A stretch of 64,000 nucleotides of DNA, from positions 264,426-328,425 of the forward strand of contig JAQSYP010000002.1 in the NCBI GenBank assembly GCA_029256085.1. The letters run 5' to 3'. Every line of letters begins with the position of its first letter. Within the stretch, counting starts at the first letter, position 1. Below the pieces are notes generated by a model. That model had not been told where the DNA came from and searched no databases. It saw nothing but the letters and a program-made list of their open reading frames with translations. Position numbers and translations under genes: made by a program. Below are positions 60,921 to 64,000 of this stretch, piece by piece. This DNA is from Bacillales bacterium. GTDB lineage: Bacteria > Bacillota > Bacilli > CAJFEE01.

Positions 60921-60958
60921 TTTAATCTCCTTAAAGTTACTCTCAATCTTAATATATA

Positions 60959-61549
60959 TTAAATTGAGATTTGGAGGTAATTTCTTCTTTTTTTATACAT
61001 GTAACCATAAATTAGTCCTACTACAATTCCTACCGCATGCGCTGCTCCACCTATTGAGGTTTGAGGATTTTGTAATGTTAATAATAAGTTAACAACAAAT
61101 AATGCTATTAACCAATGTTTTGATTTAGATTTTAAAATTATAGCATTAGGTTCCAGGACTGAATAAACCGCAACTACTCCGAAAGCTGCCGCTGATGCAC
61201 CTGCTACCGGGTCACCATCCCATCCAATTAGTGGAGCATATGCCAAAGTAGCCAAGCTCCCTATTAATCCACAAAGAAAATATGAGTAAACGACTTCTTT
61301 TGCATTTGTTACCTTTTCTAACTGAGCTCCAAATACAAAAATCAGTAAAATATTTAATAATGCATGGATAGTGACTTTATGTGAAAAAAAAGCAGTCAAT
61401 AATGTCCAAGGTTTATCCATTACCAAATTAGGATCAAGTAAAAATACATCAGTTAAATGTGGAAAAAAATTTAAAGTAATATAAATTAGAATGTTAATTA
61501 AAATTATTATCAATGTACCGGGTTTACTAGAATATTCTTTAAGTTTCAT
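60959..61549 (-). CDS. rhomboid family intramembrane serine protease
   Basis: Six TM segments; GASAAAFGVV (GxSG serine motif) and HALLNILLIFVFG regions; conserved His in AHAVGIVVG. Confidence 0.75.
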   Translation of the reverse strand: MKLKEYSSKPGTLIIILINILIYITLNFFPHLTDVFLLDPNLVMDKPWTLLTAFFSHKVTIHALLNILLIFVFGAQLEKVTNAKEVVYSYFLCGLIGSLATLAYAPLIGWDGDPVAGASAAAFGVVAVYSVLEPNAIILKSKSKHWLIALFVVNLLLTLQNPQTSIGGAAHAVGIVVGLIYGYMYKKRRNYLQISI

Positions 61550-61958
61550 TTAAGCACACTCCTAAGATTTATTTATAAACTACATATTATTTCTTTAATA
61601 TTTACATGCCTACTAATATGAATATGATAATAAAATCAAAAGTTTTTAAATTTATTCGAGTCTAAGTATTCATATTTTCCACTTCTCATCTCATCTAATA
61701 ACACGAATTTGTTTCCTATCGCCTTACATACACCATTAAATGTGTTATTCGACAATAAAAGCATTTCTCCTTTTAGAAAATGCTAAAAATAAATTTGTAT
61801 ACTTAAAATTCCTATGAAGGTTTATAAGCACACATATAGAATATAGTTAGGTATAGTGATGAATAAATAGAACGACTTATGTAATATAGACCATTATGAT
61901 AATAGGATTGGTTTTATAGATTTTTGCTAGAAAGAAAATATAGCACAGGGGTGTAAAA

Positions 61959-62456
61959 ATGAAACAATTAGGAACCCTATATTTTTTCTGTGGAAAAATG
62001 GGGGCAGGAAAATCAACTAAATCAAATCAATTGGCTAAAGATAAAAATGCTGTACTTTTATCTGAGGATGAATGGATTTCATCTCTTTATCCCAATCAAG
62101 TAACATCGTTTGAGGAATATATAAAATACTCGGCGCTGCTTAAACCGTTAGTGAAAAAGCATGTCCAAAATATACTAAGTGTCGGTACAGATGTAGTGAT
62201 GGATTTTCCAGGAAACACTAAAAGGTTGCGAAAGTGGTTTTTAGAAATCGCTTCAGAAATCAATGCAAATCATCAACTAATTTTTCTTAATCTAAGTGAC
62301 CAACAATGCTTAAGTCAAATTGTACAAAGGCGAATCGAACAACCTGAAAGAGCAGCTTTTGACACGGAAGCCGTCTTTATTCATGTTACTAGTTTTTTTG
62401 AAGAGCCCGAAGCATCTGAGGGGTTAAATATATTAGAGTTTAGAAGAAATGATTAG
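61959..62456 (+). CDS. P-loop kinase-like ATP-binding protein (zeta-toxin / chloramphenicol phosphotransferase-like superfamily)
   Basis: Walker A FFCGKMGAGKST. 165 aa. Confidence 0.5.
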   Translation: MKQLGTLYFFCGKMGAGKSTKSNQLAKDKNAVLLSEDEWISSLYPNQVTSFEEYIKYSALLKPLVKKHVQNILSVGTDVVMDFPGNTKRLRKWFLEIASEINANHQLIFLNLSDQQCLSQIVQRRIEQPERAAFDTEAVFIHVTSFFEEPEASEGLNILEFRRND

Positions 62457-62775
62457 ATTAAATCTATTTATAATTCCTATCTTTGCAATATTATCAATCT
62501 ATTATAAAGAGTATGGATATACATTCATTACAATTTTGATGTTACTAATTTTATTTACAGTTGATTATCTTAAAGATAAAAAAATAGATAAAATTGCTAT
62601 TTTAATTTTATGGTTATTTATTATAAATCTGAATCCCGTGTATTATTTAGCTGCATCTATTGCTGAGTATACGGCTAAAACATCATTAATCATTAACACA
62701 ATTTACATTTTAATTAACATCATCGCAAATATATATATTGATAGGATAAATATGATATTAAAAAAATCTTTATAA
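62449..62775 (+). CDS. hypothetical membrane protein
   Basis: Three TM segments. Overlaps the kinase stop. Confidence 0.35.
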   Translation: MIRLNLFIIPIFAILSIYYKEYGYTFITILMLLILFTVDYLKDKKIDKIAILILWLFIINLNPVYYLAASIAEYTAKTSLIINTIYILINIIANIYIDRINMILKKSL

Positions 62776-62988
62776 ACAAAAATACACTTTATCACAGTGT
62801 ATTTAAGTGCAATTTCAAGTGCCGTAAAACAAAATGGAATTGTGAATATGGCTAAACCAGAATTCGATTTAAATTTCCTTAGTTCAAGTGAGAGAACGAA
62901 AAAGTAACTAAAGAACAAATTGACCGAGAATAAACAAAATTAACTAAGAAAGCTACTTAAAAACGAAGCGCTGGAGGTTGTGTTAATC

Positions 62989-63324
62989 ATGGCAAAATAT
63001 GAAACTACAATTATTGGTCAATTTGATGAAGTAGTTAGTCATTTGGAAAACGATATTAGTAATAGTGGAATGAGTATGAAATTAGTTGATGAAAGTAACT
63101 ACACTATTGGAGATACTAGCATAGCAGTTCGAGTTTATGATAAATATTTTATGCGAAATGGAAACAGAGCAAGTTTGAGTCTTACTGTTGTAGGTAATAA
63201 CAGCAATATTTTTATATCAGCAATTGGTGCTGGCGGCGGGCAAGGTATCATTTTTAACTTTAGCCTTGGTGCTGAAGATGATATGGTGGCAATTGTGCAA
63301 AAAAGTATAGTACAAATAGAATAA
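62989..63324 (+). CDS. small conserved hypothetical protein, paralog 2
   Basis: Near-identical to 59728–60063. Confidence 0.55.
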   Translation: MAKYETTIIGQFDEVVSHLENDISNSGMSMKLVDESNYTIGDTSIAVRVYDKYFMRNGNRASLSLTVVGNNSNIFISAIGAGGGQGIIFNFSLGAEDDMVAIVQKSIVQIE

Positions 63325-63338
63325 TATTATTGTTAAAA

Positions 63339-63370
63339 CAGTCACGATACAACACCGTGACTGTTTTTTT
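63339..63370. terminator. bidirectional terminator
   Basis: AAACAGTCACGAT-ACAACAC-CGTGACTGTTTTTTT hairpin. Confidence 0.65.
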
Positions 63371-63376
63371 GCGAAC

Positions 63377-64000
63377 TTATGGTTTTTTATTACCCTGTTT
63401 AATATTTTTCAACTCATTTTCAATAATTCTTTTTATGTTTTTATTACCAATAACTCCGTTGTGAAATGTATTTGTATCTATCCAATAAGTTTGCCCGAAA
63501 GTAATTCCGTTATTTAGTTCAATTTCTAAAAAAATACGTTCACCTTCCAACTTACGTTCATCAATTACTGTTTGAACATCTCTAAGTTTTAGTTTATACC
63601 ATTCTTCTAAAAACATATTTTTATTAATTTGAGAAAATGTATGAATTCTACTACCATCATCAGTGCTTTGTATATAAATTTTATTAACTAAATTTTTCAG
63701 AGGTAATAGTTCTTCAGCAGTTTTTGCTTTCATGTTACTATATACTACATATACTTGATTATTGGCACTTACAATAAAGTTTGAAGGGTAACCACGGACT
63801 TCATAAATTGGTGTATCGATATCTAAAAATGTTGCATCACCATTTTTCATTTTGTGGTCACTACATGCATAGCCTGCCATAGTATAACTTACTTTCCCGA
63901 TTTCATTGCCATTTTCCACTTGGATGTTTGTATTACTTCGAGAAAAAATAATTTCATATCTAATATCATTAATCTTAAGTGCATCCACCCAACTAATCTC
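63377..64000 (-). CDS. signal-anchored hypothetical protein, paralog 2 (C-terminal part; N-terminus beyond window end)
   Basis: About 90% aa identity to the protein at 60111–60920 over the visible 203 aa. Confidence 0.5.
   Translation of the reverse strand, partial: EISWVDALKINDIRYEIIFSRSNTNIQVENGNEIGKVSYTMAGYACSDHKMKNGDATFLDIDTPIYEVRGYPSNFIVSANNQVYVVYSNMKAKTAEELLPLKNLVNKIYIQSTDDGSRIHTFSQINKNMFLEEWYKLKLRDVQTVIDERKLEGERIFLEIELNNGITFGQTYWIDTNTFHNGVIGNKNIKRIIENELKNIKQGNKKP

Overview
The window is AT-rich and reads like a Firmicutes chromosome, most likely a Bacillus cereus-group bacterium. The gene content supports this: topB, helD, aadK, a zur–znuACB cluster and a roughly 105-bp interspersed repeat that I think is a bcr-type element. 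It is a mixed core and accessory region with about 100 protein-coding genes. I found no rRNA, tRNA, CRISPR array, transposase, integrase or phage genes.

Genes I recognise:
- Metal and oxyanion handling: arsR with the 5' end of arsB at the window start, chrA, a SulP anion permease, and a Zur-regulated zinc ABC transporter with two Zur boxes.
- Information processing: topoisomerase III (topB) and the RNA-polymerase recycling helicase HelD.
- Drug and xenobiotic functions: aminoglycoside 6-adenylyltransferase AadK, a second nucleotidyltransferase, a heterodimeric SMR efflux pair, arylamine N-acetyltransferase, nitrilase, nitroreductase, at least six GNAT acetyltransferases and two MFS transporters.
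- Regulation and stress: an ECF sigma / zinc-finger anti-sigma pair (the sigma gene is frameshifted), Usp, an Rrf2–DsbA-like–NmrA-like redox operon and an XRE-HTH/DUF2975 pair.
- Cell-surface enzymes: a NodB polysaccharide deacetylase, an LD-carboxypeptidase and a rhomboid protease.
- Many small membrane proteins and lipoproteins of unknown function.

Most interesting things that no annotation explains:
1. Two related composite non-coding elements at 51331–51545 and 52092–52245. Each has a 'TTTGGATTAAATATT' leader, tandem 19–21-bp repeats, a conserved ~40-nt hairpin segment and a terminal hairpin, and they bracket a lysine-tailed membrane-protein gene.
2. A recently duplicated convergent two-gene module (a ~111-aa protein plus a ~269-aa signal-anchored protein, 93–96% nucleotide identity between copies). 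The two copies flank a rhomboid protease, a P-loop kinase and a membrane protein.
3. A ~250-bp GC-richer block with predicted nested secondary structure between two identical 22-bp hairpins, lying between topB and znuB (candidate ncRNA or mini-insertion).
4. Four copies of the ~105-bp repeat, plus a relic of an old segmental duplication in which a gene fragment and its downstream repeat copy were copied together.
5. Phased 21-bp-periodic motif arrays at 13592–13710, 40281–40440 and 45893–45942.

I could not identify any complete, known defence system or toxin–antitoxin system from sequence alone. The duplicated module and the paired repeat/hairpin elements are the best candidates for something undescribed.
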